DNA from: Archangium sp.
GTDB taxonomy: Bacteria; Myxococcota; Myxococcia; Myxococcales; Myxococcaceae
Length of the DNA: 30,632 nt
Direction of reading: 5' to 3'
NCBI GenBank assembly: GCA_031367385.1
Contig: JANLPS010000542.1
Location: 1-30,632, forward strand
Part shown: piece by piece, positions 16,226 through 25,588 of the stretch
How the letters are laid out: the number at the start of each line of letters is the position of its first letter
How positions within the stretch are numbered: the first letter of the stretch is position 1
The notes under the pieces: generated by a model
Told to the model about the DNA's origin: nothing
What the model saw: the letters and a program-made list of their open reading frames with translations, nothing else
Database searches by the model: none
Translations under genes and position numbers: made by a program

Positions 16226-18030
16226 CTGATGCGTTGTTCGCCTGCGAGGCCGACCGGAGCTGCGCGCAACCGGGCTTCATCTGCGGCAGCGACTTCATCT
16301 GCCGGGCGCCCAACGACGGAGGCTCGACCGGCACCGACGCGAGCGTGCGCACCGACTCGGGCGTGCCCGACGCGGGCCAGGCGATCGATTCAGGAGCAGT
16401 GACCGACTCCGGCACGCCACTCACCGATGCGGGTGGCGCGACTGACTCCGGCATGCCGTCAACCGATGCAGGCGGCGCGGGGCTCGACGGCGGTGGCGTC
16501 GTCGGTGACGCGGGCGGTCCTCCGACCGATGCGGGTGGTCCTCCGACCGATGCAGGCGGCCCTCCGACCGATGCGGGGGGTGGGCCCGGCGACGCAGGCG
16601 GAGGCCAAGGTGATGCCGGCGGCCCTGCTGACGCGGGCGGGTGCGTACCCTCGGCCGACGAGCCCGACGATGTGTTCGGGCCCGGTGTCGACACCAACTG
16701 TGATGGCATCGACGGAGACCTGTCGATCGCCGCGCTCGTCGATTCGGTGACCGGCGACGACCTCGGCGGCGATGGGTCTCGGCTCAAACCGTACAAGACC
16801 ATCGCCAAGGCGCTCTCGACCTTGAAGCCGCAGATTCTGATCTCGCAAGGCACGTACACCGAGTCACTGTTGGTGACGAGCGGCCGCCTCTTCGGAGGCT
16901 ACAAGCAGTCGGCCGGCTGGGCCCGCACCGGCACGCGACCGAACATCGTGGGCGCCGTCGAGGTGCAAGGCACTGGCACCAACGTGACGCTCGACTTCGT
17001 GACCATCACCGCGCCCGATGATGACGCGGGCGCGTCGGTCGCGCTCACCGTGGTCGGGGTCGACGCCGGCACCCGCATTCGCCGCTCGGTGATTCAAGCG
17101 GGCCTGGGAGCGCCGGGCAAGAACGCCCCTCAGCGCCTCGTCGCCGACGCAGGCATCGATGGCAATGAAGGCATCTCGAGCGACGACGGCGGCTTCGGAG
17201 GCGCCGAAACGCCCAGCGTGTGCAACGGCACCCAGGGTCTGCCGGGCGCAGCGGGTGGCGCTGGGGGCGATGGAGCGCGAGTCGGAGGCGACGGGCAAGT
17301 GGGCGCTCCTGCCGTCTTCGGAGGCGATGGGGGGGTCGGCATCACCTGCACGAGCTTGCCGTGCCTTGGGTTGGCCGGTGGGCCTGGTGCCGACGGAGCA
17401 GACGGTACCATCGGCGCCAATGGGGCCGCCCAGATCTCGGGCTTCTTCTTGGGCAAGGCGTGGCTGATGGGGCAAGCGAACGACGGTCTCACGGGCGGCG
17501 CCGGAGTCGGTGGCGCGGGCGCGGGGGGCGGCGGGTCGGTGACCGCGATGAACGGCATGCTCCTCTTGCTGGGCGGTGGTGGCGGCAGCGGAGGCAGCGC
17601 CGGGTGCCCCGGGCTCGGTGGCATCGGTGGCCAAGGCGGTGGCGCCTCGGTGTCGATGCTGGTGGTCGGTGGGTCTCCCACGCTCGAGGCGAACTCGTTT
17701 CAAACAGGCTCGGCCGGTGCCGGTGGCGACGGAGCCCCCGGTCAATTCGGGGGTCGCGGTGGCCGTGGCGGCCCTGGCGGCATCGGGCAACCCGACGGCG
17801 CGAGCTCAGCCGGGGGCGCGGGTGGCACAGGGGGCACAGGCGGGCGTGGCGGCCGCGGCGGCACAGGAGGCGGCGGCGCAGGCGGCCCCTCGGTCGGCGT
17901 GTGGTGCGTCTTCTCGGCGGCCCCGATCTTCGTCGGCACGACCAACACGTATCTGCTCGGCCCAGCGGGCGTCGGCGGCGGGCCCAATGGCGTGAGCGGC
18001 GTGACGTCTGACACCCGCAACTGCCCCTGA
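16159..18030 (+). CDS. Gly-rich surface lipoprotein: Cys knot, DAG linker, D-x-N-C-D-G motif, probable beta-helix region and PGRS-like Gly-rich region
   Basis: Lipobox LTAG-C (Cys at 16207) appears only after the third ATG. TDAGGPP repeats, DEPDD...VDTNCDGIDGD, GDDLGGDGSRLKPYKTIAKAL, long GGxGGxG tracts. The ORF is also open from 15988. Confidence 0.85.
   Translation: MTRLTLAALGLVLTAGCQCAQLPDALFACEADRSCAQPGFICGSDFICRAPNDGGSTGTDASVRTDSGVPDAGQAIDSGAVTDSGTPLTDAGGATDSGMPSTDAGGAGLDGGGVVGDAGGPPTDAGGPPTDAGGPPTDAGGGPGDAGGGQGDAGGPADAGGCVPSADEPDDVFGPGVDTNCDGIDGDLSIAALVDSVTGDDLGGDGSRLKPYKTIAKALSTLKPQILISQGTYTESLLVTSGRLFGGYKQSAGWARTGTRPNIVGAVEVQGTGTNVTLDFVTITAPDDDAGASVALTVVGVDAGTRIRRSVIQAGLGAPGKNAPQRLVADAGIDGNEGISSDDGGFGGAETPSVCNGTQGLPGAAGGAGGDGARVGGDGQVGAPAVFGGDGGVGITCTSLPCLGLAGGPGADGADGTIGANGAAQISGFFLGKAWLMGQANDGLTGGAGVGGAGAGGGGSVTAMNGMLLLLGGGGGSGGSAGCPGLGGIGGQGGGASVSMLVVGGSPTLEANSFQTGSAGAGGDGAPGQFGGRGGRGGPGGIGQPDGASSAGGAGGTGGTGGRGGRGGTGGGGAGGPSVGVWCVFSAAPIFVGTTNTYLLGPAGVGGGPNGVSGVTSDTRNCP
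16507..16641 (+). repeat. In-frame 21-bp tandem repeat (DAGGPPT and variants)
   Basis: GACGCGGGCGGTCCTCCGACC / GATGCGGGTGGTCCTCCGACC / GATGCAGGCGGCCCTCCGACC, then decayed copies. Confidence 0.9.
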
Positions 18031-18168
18031 GGTGAACGGGTTCTCTGGCCCCTCTCGCCCTCGAAGCATGTAGGGTGGTGAGCGATAGCAGAGCCGATTT
18101 CACCATTTTTTCGCAACCTGTAAGAATCAGGGCCGATAACCCCGATTCGGCCAGCCCCTGGAGTGACG

Positions 18169-20859
18169 ATGCCTTTCATGCGCAATTCGAGGCACCTCAC
18201 CGTCTTTGCGGCGGCTCTGCTCCTCAGTCTCACCAGCTGCGTTTGCGGCCTGGTCTCAGACCTCGACACCGGCTCGCTCGATGGCGGGGCGCGGGTCGAT
18301 GGTGGAGGTCGCGGCGATGGCGGTGCACGCGATGCCGGCCCGACCTCGACGGCTGACGCTGGGGCCTTCGATGCGGGCACTGGCATGCCCGACGGTGGTG
18401 AGTGCCCCCCCGTGAGCTGCACCGACCAGTGCGGCCCGGTTCGCGATTTCTGCCGAGGCACCGTGTTGCAATGCGGCGGCTGCACGGGCGGCAAGGCCTG
18501 CGACCTGGTCAACCACGTCTGCGTGACGCCGAAGGTCGACTGCGCCCAGCTCGGTGCGCAGTGCGGTCAGCTGCGAAACACCTGTGGTACGCGCCTCAAC
18601 TGCGGCGCGTGCTCAGGCAACCTGGAGTGCGACCGCAACACCCACACCTGCGTGGCCTGCAGCAACGCCAGCTGCCAAGACCTGGGGTACGAGTGCGGCG
18701 ACGTCTGGCTCGGCTGCGGCGCGTTCACCAACAAGACGAACTGCGGCGGCTGCAAGCCCGGCATGACCTGCAACCCCGGCATTCACAAGTGCGAGCCGAT
18801 GTGCACGCCCGCGGCCGACTCGGTGCTCTGCGCGGCCGCCGGAGCGGAGTGCGGCGTCATCGACAACGGTTGCGGTGGCATCGCGACCTGCGGCACCTGC
18901 GGCACCGGCACGGGCTGCGGGGCTCGAGGCATCGGCAACCGCTGCGATCTGCCCGAGGTGCCCGACGAGTGCTTGGCTGCGTATCGCAACTGTGGCTCGA
19001 TGAAGACGGTGTGCGGTGCCGGCATGATCGACTGCGGCACCTGCCCCAGCGGCCAGATCTGCGGCGTCGAAGGCCGGTGCACTGATCACCCCGACTGCGC
19101 CGCGTTCGGCGCCGGTGGCGACGCGGGGAGCGCCTGCTCGAACGGCCCCTCGGCGAGCTTCCCCCAAGACCCGGGCACCAACCTGGCCTGCCCCTGCGCT
19201 GCCCCAGGCCGCTGCAACATCACCAACACCCGCACCGAAGCGCCGATGGGCGTCAAGGGCACCTGCTGCGTGAACACGGTCAAGTGCGGCGCCAATGAGT
19301 GCAACAGCACCAAGATCAACGAGTGCACCGGTGAGGTCATTACCTGCGGCTGCACCGAGACCGGCACCAAGTGCAACAACGCGATGAAGCGCTGCGAGGT
19401 CGACAACGGGTGCTCATCGTTCACCACCGGCGCCGACGGCAGCAAGTGCAGCAACGGCCCGAGCACGCAATTTCCCACCGATGCCGGGTCGCTGACGTGC
19501 CCCTGCTCGGCCCAGGGCGCAGAATGCTTCAGTAACCAGATGCCCCTGCCCAACGGCAGCACCACCGCCGGGCTCTGCTGTACGCCCGATGTCTGCCCCA
19601 GCACCTCGTGCGGCCAGATCACCGACCACTGCACCGGGCAGGTGAAGAGCTGCGCGTGCGGCGCCGGCAGCCACTGCAACAGCGCCAACTCGATGTGCGT
19701 CGGCAATGACAACTGCACCACGCTGGGTGCTGGTGGCAACGGGCAGCAATGCTCGAACGGGCCCGCGTTCAGTGACCAGGGCATTCCTCCGACGTTGCTG
19801 ACCTGCCAGTGCACCACCCCCTCGTCGACCTGCTCGAAGAACGGCGCCGTCGTCACCGGCAACACCATCGGCACCTGCTGCCAGAACACGACCACCTGCG
19901 GCACGCAGTGCAACGTGACCTTGACCAACTCGTGCACCGGAGACCCGATCGTCTGCGGCTCGACCTGCAACGGCACCGGCACCTGCAGCGCGGGCTCGAA
20001 CGGCACCTGCGTGCCCTACAAGAACTGCTCGCAGCAAATGCCTCCCGCCGATGGGAGCGAGGGCGCGAAGTGCAGCATCGACGCGAACGGCTCCTTTCCC
20101 CGGTACCCGTTTGACCCGACCGGGCAGACCTGCGGGTGCGCGGGAGGCCGGGTGTGCGCGGTCGTCGGGCCTCCGAAGCACGCGGCCGGGTCGGGCGAGC
20201 TGGGCACCTGCTGCACCAACACCGCCTCGTGCAATGGCCAGTGCGGCACCACCGTCACCGACACCTGCACCGGAGCCACCATCATCTGCGGGTGCGACTC
20301 GGCCCACCACTGCGCGTCAGGGACCTGCGCGGTCAACGCGACGTGTGGAGGCTACGGAGCCGGCGGAGGCATCGGCGCGAAGTGCTCGACCGTGGCGAGC
20401 GGCGCTTTCCCCGATGGGCCCAACGGCATGAACCTGACCTGCCCCTGCAGCACCGGCGGCGGGCTGGCGAACAACACCTGTGTCGGCTCGAGCGCGAGCA
20501 CCGCGGGCACCTGCCAGTGCACGCCGAAGGTGCCGACCACCTGCGGAGATGACGGGCAGAGCGATGGCTGCGGCGGCACGATGTCAATGCCCTGCGGGTC
20601 TCCGATGGTCTGTTTTCAAAACGCGTGCTGCAGCAAGGCGGCGTGCGGGGCGCGCAACGAGGGCGATGCCTGCGGCGCGATGTCGACCTGCGGCGTGTCG
20701 GTCAACTGCGACTGCACTCAGATGTACATGACCTGCGGAGCGAAGACGCCCGGGGTCTGCGGGTGCATACGGCTCGACCAGGGCGCCTGCGGCAACCAGA
20801 TACCCAACGGCACCATCGGCCCTGACGGGTGCGGCGGGTTCGTTCAGTGTGGAGGGTGA
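18169..20859 (+). CDS. Very Cys-rich repeat lipoprotein (~120 Cys by manual count)
   Basis: GGAG RBS before ATG 18169; lipobox LTS-C; DGG/DAG linker; five ~45-aa CG-x4-5-C(G)-x4-8-CGxC repeats, then five ~105-aa modules. Confidence 0.88.
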   Translation: MPFMRNSRHLTVFAAALLLSLTSCVCGLVSDLDTGSLDGGARVDGGGRGDGGARDAGPTSTADAGAFDAGTGMPDGGECPPVSCTDQCGPVRDFCRGTVLQCGGCTGGKACDLVNHVCVTPKVDCAQLGAQCGQLRNTCGTRLNCGACSGNLECDRNTHTCVACSNASCQDLGYECGDVWLGCGAFTNKTNCGGCKPGMTCNPGIHKCEPMCTPAADSVLCAAAGAECGVIDNGCGGIATCGTCGTGTGCGARGIGNRCDLPEVPDECLAAYRNCGSMKTVCGAGMIDCGTCPSGQICGVEGRCTDHPDCAAFGAGGDAGSACSNGPSASFPQDPGTNLACPCAAPGRCNITNTRTEAPMGVKGTCCVNTVKCGANECNSTKINECTGEVITCGCTETGTKCNNAMKRCEVDNGCSSFTTGADGSKCSNGPSTQFPTDAGSLTCPCSAQGAECFSNQMPLPNGSTTAGLCCTPDVCPSTSCGQITDHCTGQVKSCACGAGSHCNSANSMCVGNDNCTTLGAGGNGQQCSNGPAFSDQGIPPTLLTCQCTTPSSTCSKNGAVVTGNTIGTCCQNTTTCGTQCNVTLTNSCTGDPIVCGSTCNGTGTCSAGSNGTCVPYKNCSQQMPPADGSEGAKCSIDANGSFPRYPFDPTGQTCGCAGGRVCAVVGPPKHAAGSGELGTCCTNTASCNGQCGTTVTDTCTGATIICGCDSAHHCASGTCAVNATCGGYGAGGGIGAKCSTVASGAFPDGPNGMNLTCPCSTGGGLANNTCVGSSASTAGTCQCTPKVPTTCGDDGQSDGCGGTMSMPCGSPMVCFQNACCSKAACGARNEGDACGAMSTCGVSVNCDCTQMYMTCGAKTPGVCGCIRLDQGACGNQIPNGTIGPDGCGGFVQCGG

Positions 20860-20861
20860 TC

Positions 20862-21974
20862 ATGACCAGCGCTCGACTCGTTTCAGCAATGACGTTGGTG
20901 ATGGTGCTCAGCGCGTGCGGCGACACGATTTACATTTCGTTGCCGTCGGCTGACGGGTCGGTGGGTGACGGTGGGCGGTTCGGCGACGGGGGCGTGGGTG
21001 GCGATGCGGGCTACACCGGGCCGTTTCCTGATCTCGATGCGGGCGAGCTGGCCGCGGGGGTCTGCGCCGATCAGGGCAAGCAGATCGTCGCCTCGCAGGT
21101 CGACCTGCTGGTGGTGCTCGATGTGTCGTACTCGATGGACTACGATCACAAGTGGGAAGCGGTGCGCTCGGCGATGAACTCGTTCGTGACCAAGCCGCAA
21201 TTCAGTGGGCTGGGCATCGGGCTTCAGTACTTTCCCATTCGGGCGCAGTGCTCGGTGGCCGAGTATGAAAAGCCGGCGGTGCCGTTCTCGGTGTTGCCGC
21301 TGGCAGCCGGGGCAATCTCGGCCTCGCTGAGCATGCAGCAGATGCAAGGAGGCACCCCGACGGTGCCGGTCTTGGAGGGCACTAGCAAGTACGCGCGCAC
21401 CTGGGAGACCGCCCACCCGGATCACCAGACGGTGATTGTTTTGGCGACCGACGGCGTACCCGACGACAGCTGCGTGGCGGCGCCCGATGGGGGCCTGGCG
21501 AACTCGCTGCCGAACGTGTTGACGGTGGCGAGCGGCGCGCTGCATGCGTCTCCGCCGATCAAGACGTTCGTGATTGGCGTCGGCAAAGACCTGACCGCCT
21601 TGAACCAGATCGCAGCGGCGGGCGGCACGCAGAAGGCGCTGCTGGTCGACACCCGGTACGACGCCGACATCGCATTTCTCGATGCGCTGACCGAGGTCAA
21701 GAACGCGGCGCTGGGGTGCGACTTCGACGTGCCGTTCAAGAACGGGGTCGACCCGTCTGCGGCGCGGGTGCGCTTCATCGCCGATGACCCGCGCCGATCA
21801 TTCGTAGTGCCCAAAGTCGCCGACGCCGCGAGCTGCAAGACCGGCTCGGGGGCGGGGTGGTACTTCGAGGGGCTGCCGCCAGAGACCAAGCTGGCCTTGT
21901 GCCGGCCCAGCTGCGAGGCGCTCAACGGGCCGACCGGCAAGCTGTACGTCGAGTTCGGGTGCGCGATTCAGTAA
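20862..21974 (+). CDS. vWA-domain lipoprotein (CglB-like architecture)
   Basis: GGAGGG RBS before ATG 20862; lipobox LSA-C; MIDAS DVSYS, GGTPT and VLATDGVP; KTFVIGVG; Cys-containing C-terminal domain (GWY...LCRPSC...FGC). Confidence 0.88.
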   Translation: MTSARLVSAMTLVMVLSACGDTIYISLPSADGSVGDGGRFGDGGVGGDAGYTGPFPDLDAGELAAGVCADQGKQIVASQVDLLVVLDVSYSMDYDHKWEAVRSAMNSFVTKPQFSGLGIGLQYFPIRAQCSVAEYEKPAVPFSVLPLAAGAISASLSMQQMQGGTPTVPVLEGTSKYARTWETAHPDHQTVIVLATDGVPDDSCVAAPDGGLANSLPNVLTVASGALHASPPIKTFVIGVGKDLTALNQIAAAGGTQKALLVDTRYDADIAFLDALTEVKNAALGCDFDVPFKNGVDPSAARVRFIADDPRRSFVVPKVADAASCKTGSGAGWYFEGLPPETKLALCRPSCEALNGPTGKLYVEFGCAIQ

Positions 21975-21989
21975 CTCCGGGCGCTCGGC

Positions 21990-24900
21990 TTACTCGCGGC
22001 GGTACCCGAAGCGCACCTCGATGCGCTCCAGTCGCAGCTCGGCCCGGGCGCTGCCATTCACCCCGAGCGGCATCACCCGCACCGTGCCGGTCTCGAGATC
22101 GCTGAACAGCGACGGCACCCGGTCGAGGCTCACCACGAAGTCACTCGGTGACGCGGCCGGCGCGGCCCAGGTGCCGATGGTGCGCCAGCCGAGCGCAGTC
22201 CACACCTGCACTTCGAAACCGTCGAGCGGCTGATCGCCGGCCCCCCGACCGCTCGCCCCGCCGCGCCCACGCACTTCGACGCGCTGAAGGCGGGCCTCCG
22301 GTGAACCCAGGCCAGCGGGTTGCGGGTACTGCACCACCGCCTCGGGCCGGTGCTCGGCCGTGCGGAGCTCCTCGACGCCGTCGAAGCCGTTCTGTCGCAC
22401 CTTGTCGAGCTTGGTCGCCGCGCTGCCCGACTTGCCGCCGAAGACCACCATGCGCCGGCGCAGCGGGTCGTAGGCACACTTGGCGTCGGCGATTGACTGG
22501 AGCGAGCCATCGCCTTCGGGGTCGCTCACCTCCAAGACCTCCCAACCGGCCGTCGCAGACCACCGCCAGGCATCGGCCAACCCTCGCGTCGCGAGCCACA
22601 CCCCATCGCCCTCGTCGAGCGCATCGGTGCCCCCGAAGAGAAGAACCTCGCCCCGAAACGGGTCGGCGCCGAAGACGGCACCCTCGCGCGAGTCGGGCTC
22701 GTGGGGCGACATCGGCATCGACCACGCGTTGGCGCGAAAGGTCAGGTGGCCAGTGGTTGCGGCGCTCGTCGAGCTGCCTTGGGCAATGACTCCGCCGAAG
22801 AGCTGAAAGCCTTGCAGGGGCGCGGCGAACGCCGCCGAGCGTGCCGTGGGCAAGGGCGGCAATGCGACCGAGGTGCCATCGGCGCCGAGCGCCCACACCC
22901 GGGTGTCGAGATCGCGCGGCGAGACAGAGAATGCGCGGCGGCTCCCGCCCGCCAGAATCAATCGACCTGTCTCGTCGACCGCGCCGGCCGCGTGCACGTT
23001 GCACGGTTGACCCAAGGCGCCCAGCTGCGACCATTGCCCGTTCGCCCCGAAGCGCCAGACATCGGCCGCCGGCGCACCGGCCACCCCGCCATCGGCCAAG
23101 ACGTGAGGCATGAAGCAGCGATGCAGCCCCAGCCCGCCGTCGCTCGCGGTGAAGAGCTGGGTGGTGAAGGCCGGGTCCCACGCGGGGGGCGGGCTTACCG
23201 GGAGCGCCGCCAGCGCAGTCGCACGTTCACCGTTCCACCCCCAGGTGTCGCCGAGCCCCAACGCATCGACCCCAATGCCCCCGTGAATGACCACCTGCTG
23301 CAGCGCTGGGCTCCAGGCCATGCCGTGAAAGACCCGACCCTCGGGCATGCGATCGGTGTTGCGCTGCGACCAGAGGGGCGCGAAGCCTCCGTCTGCTTCG
23401 ATGAACAGCGCGTAGTTGGCGCCCATCGTCAGCGGCTCGGCGGTGCCGAAGACCATCTTCTGGGTCGAGGGCTCGAAGCACAGCGAGTCGGGCTCGTCGT
23501 AGCTCGGTGGGCTGGGCCTGACCACCTCGACCCACCCTCCGTCACGCTGGGCCCAGACCTTCGCGTGACCCGACTGCTGCCCACCCAGCCACAGCTCTTC
23601 GCGCACGGGGTGCCAGGCCAGCACCGGGTCGCCGACGTTGGGCGCCGGGCCCAGGGTGACCCAGGCGTCGTTGAGCAAGGTGAGCAGGCTCGCGCCGCCA
23701 TCGACCTGGGCCCACACCACCAGGCGGTCGTCACCCGCCACGGTCATCGACGTTTGCGACGTGGGAGGGAAGCCGGCATCGAGCGCCGCCCAGGTCTCGC
23801 CGCTGAGCGCCCAGGTATCACCGCGCGGTTGGCCGGCCCAGGTGCCGCCGGCAACGACGATTCGGTCAGTCTTGGGCTCCCAGGCCATGCCGTGACTCAT
23901 GCGCGAGGGTGGCACCTCGCCGCGAACGAGCACACGTGCCCAGGAGCCTTGCGAGAAGCGCCAGGTGTCATCGGCCCCCGTATTCGAGCCGCGGCCTCGA
24001 CCACCGTAGAGCACCGTGTGCCCTCGGCGGCGATCGTAGGCCACCGCGCCGTATTCGTGGAGGCTCGGGTCTCCGTCTGACTCCGAGTCGAGCCCCGACG
24101 CCAACGCCCAGTGGTCGCCGGCCCAGCGCGACAAGAAGGGCACGGTCGACGAGCCGATGATCGAGCCGTGGGCCCAGTCAGTCACACACCGCGCGCCGTA
24201 CCGATTCGGAGCGCCCGAGCCACCGAAGTTCGCCCAGCTCGAGCCTCCTCGAAACGGCCGCGCCGCGAGCTGAGCACCTGCGCGGCGCACGCCGTCGGCT
24301 CGCGAGAGGGCACCAGACGCGGCACCGCGCTCGAAGAGCTCGACCGGGCTCGCCTGGGGCAGGGTCGGGTCGCTGGTGCTCGTCGTGACGACGAAGACCC
24401 CGTCACGCACCGCCACCCAGGCCGAGGCATTGGCCGCGGCGTCAACCGCCGACAGATAGACCTGCGGCCAGTCGCGAGCGCCCAACGCGGCGACTGAAAA
24501 GGCGCCACCATCGGTCGACGCCACCCGAGCCAGCTCATCGACCGCGCCCGGCGTCGCCGAGACCCGAATCACCGCCCCTGGCTCGACCGCGCCCTCGAGC
24601 CCCTCGAGCTCGAGCCGTGGGCTGGTCTGGTAGGGGTCACGCGTGAGCACCACCCGACCACCGGTGATGACGTCAGGAGCCCCTGGCGCAACGGTGTCGA
24701 CGACGATGCCCGGCAAGGTCGTATCGCTCGAGTTGCCGGCCAGGTCGACCAGATGCACCTCGAGCGTGCACAGCCCCTGCTCGACCGCGCTCGAGGTGGG
24801 GCTGCCCGTGAAAACCCAAGGGGCCTCGCTGGTGGTGGCGCGCGCGAACGCCACCGTGGTCAGGCTCGAGCGCGCACAGCGCACCGTCGGGGGCGACGCC

Positions 24901-25493
24901 AGCGGTTCAGACGAGGCAAACGAGAACGTGGCGACCCCGGTGAGCGCCAACGCCGAGACCGTGAGCAGGGGGCTCTCGGGTGGAGGCGCCAGCAGGAGCG
25001 CAGAGCCGGGCGCGACTGAGGGCGGCGTGGAGTCGATGGTCAGCGAGCCCACGAATTGGTTTCGGGAGGCGACCGACGAGGTATTGAGCAGCTCGACCAG
25101 CACGCTGTGCGTACCCTCGACCGCGCCTTCAGGCACGACCCAGTTCGCGGCAAACACGTTGCCTGTCTGAGCAGGCAGCTCGAACGACACAAACGGCTGC
25201 GCGGCACGGGGTACGATGGTGACCCTCGGCGGTGAGGCCAGCGGTCTGTCGACGGTGACTGAAATTCGCACCGTCGCGCCCGCGCGAGCCACCTCGGGCA
25301 CCACCGAATGCGCCGTGAGCAGCACGCTGCTGATTCGGGAAACGCAGACCCCGCTGGCGCTCTCACAGCGGCTCTCGGCAGGGCATTCAGCGTCGCTTTG
25401 GCATGAAATAATCGCGTCGCTCGAGACGGTGCGGTCGAATGAGCACCCACCGAGCAGCAGCACCACGGCAATCGCCCGACCCCAGTTGGCCAC
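21990..25493 (-). CDS. Large lipoprotein: Cys knot, Ig-like domains and Kelch-like beta-propeller repeats
   Basis: Lipobox LGG-C; CQSDAECP...C...GVC; Ig-like boundaries DSTPP, DLAGN, DTVAP, DAAAN; Kelch-like units (AVAYDRRRGHTVLYGG...DDTW, HGMAW...GG...DTW, AYDPLRRRMVVFGG). Confidence 0.85.
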   Translation of the reverse strand: MANWGRAIAVVLLLGGCSFDRTVSSDAIISCQSDAECPAESRCESASGVCVSRISSVLLTAHSVVPEVARAGATVRISVTVDRPLASPPRVTIVPRAAQPFVSFELPAQTGNVFAANWVVPEGAVEGTHSVLVELLNTSSVASRNQFVGSLTIDSTPPSVAPGSALLLAPPPESPLLTVSALALTGVATFSFASSEPLASPPTVRCARSSLTTVAFARATTSEAPWVFTGSPTSSAVEQGLCTLEVHLVDLAGNSSDTTLPGIVVDTVAPGAPDVITGGRVVLTRDPYQTSPRLELEGLEGAVEPGAVIRVSATPGAVDELARVASTDGGAFSVAALGARDWPQVYLSAVDAAANASAWVAVRDGVFVVTTSTSDPTLPQASPVELFERGAASGALSRADGVRRAGAQLAARPFRGGSSWANFGGSGAPNRYGARCVTDWAHGSIIGSSTVPFLSRWAGDHWALASGLDSESDGDPSLHEYGAVAYDRRRGHTVLYGGRGRGSNTGADDTWRFSQGSWARVLVRGEVPPSRMSHGMAWEPKTDRIVVAGGTWAGQPRGDTWALSGETWAALDAGFPPTSQTSMTVAGDDRLVVWAQVDGGASLLTLLNDAWVTLGPAPNVGDPVLAWHPVREELWLGGQQSGHAKVWAQRDGGWVEVVRPSPPSYDEPDSLCFEPSTQKMVFGTAEPLTMGANYALFIEADGGFAPLWSQRNTDRMPEGRVFHGMAWSPALQQVVIHGGIGVDALGLGDTWGWNGERATALAALPVSPPPAWDPAFTTQLFTASDGGLGLHRCFMPHVLADGGVAGAPAADVWRFGANGQWSQLGALGQPCNVHAAGAVDETGRLILAGGSRRAFSVSPRDLDTRVWALGADGTSVALPPLPTARSAAFAAPLQGFQLFGGVIAQGSSTSAATTGHLTFRANAWSMPMSPHEPDSREGAVFGADPFRGEVLLFGGTDALDEGDGVWLATRGLADAWRWSATAGWEVLEVSDPEGDGSLQSIADAKCAYDPLRRRMVVFGGKSGSAATKLDKVRQNGFDGVEELRTAEHRPEAVVQYPQPAGLGSPEARLQRVEVRGRGGASGRGAGDQPLDGFEVQVWTALGWRTIGTWAAPAASPSDFVVSLDRVPSLFSDLETGTVRVMPLGVNGSARAELRLERIEVRFGYRRE

Positions 25494-25588
25494 GCGCGCA
25501 GCCTACGGCGAACCGGCGGCCAGACCATCATCCATGTGTGGGCCAGGCGCACTTCGAAGCGACCACCCCGATGGGTGACACCTGCGCT

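Noticed and set aside
17100..18030. Mycobacterial PE-PGRS gene or horizontal transfer
   Set aside because: No PE domain; the similarity is only compositional, and the protein has a lipobox and native codon usage.
18169..20859. TraA/TraB kin-recognition locus
   Set aside because: No recognisable PA14-like domain, MYXO-CTERM tail or adjacent OmpA/beta-barrel gene; the protein is anchored by an N-terminal lipobox instead.
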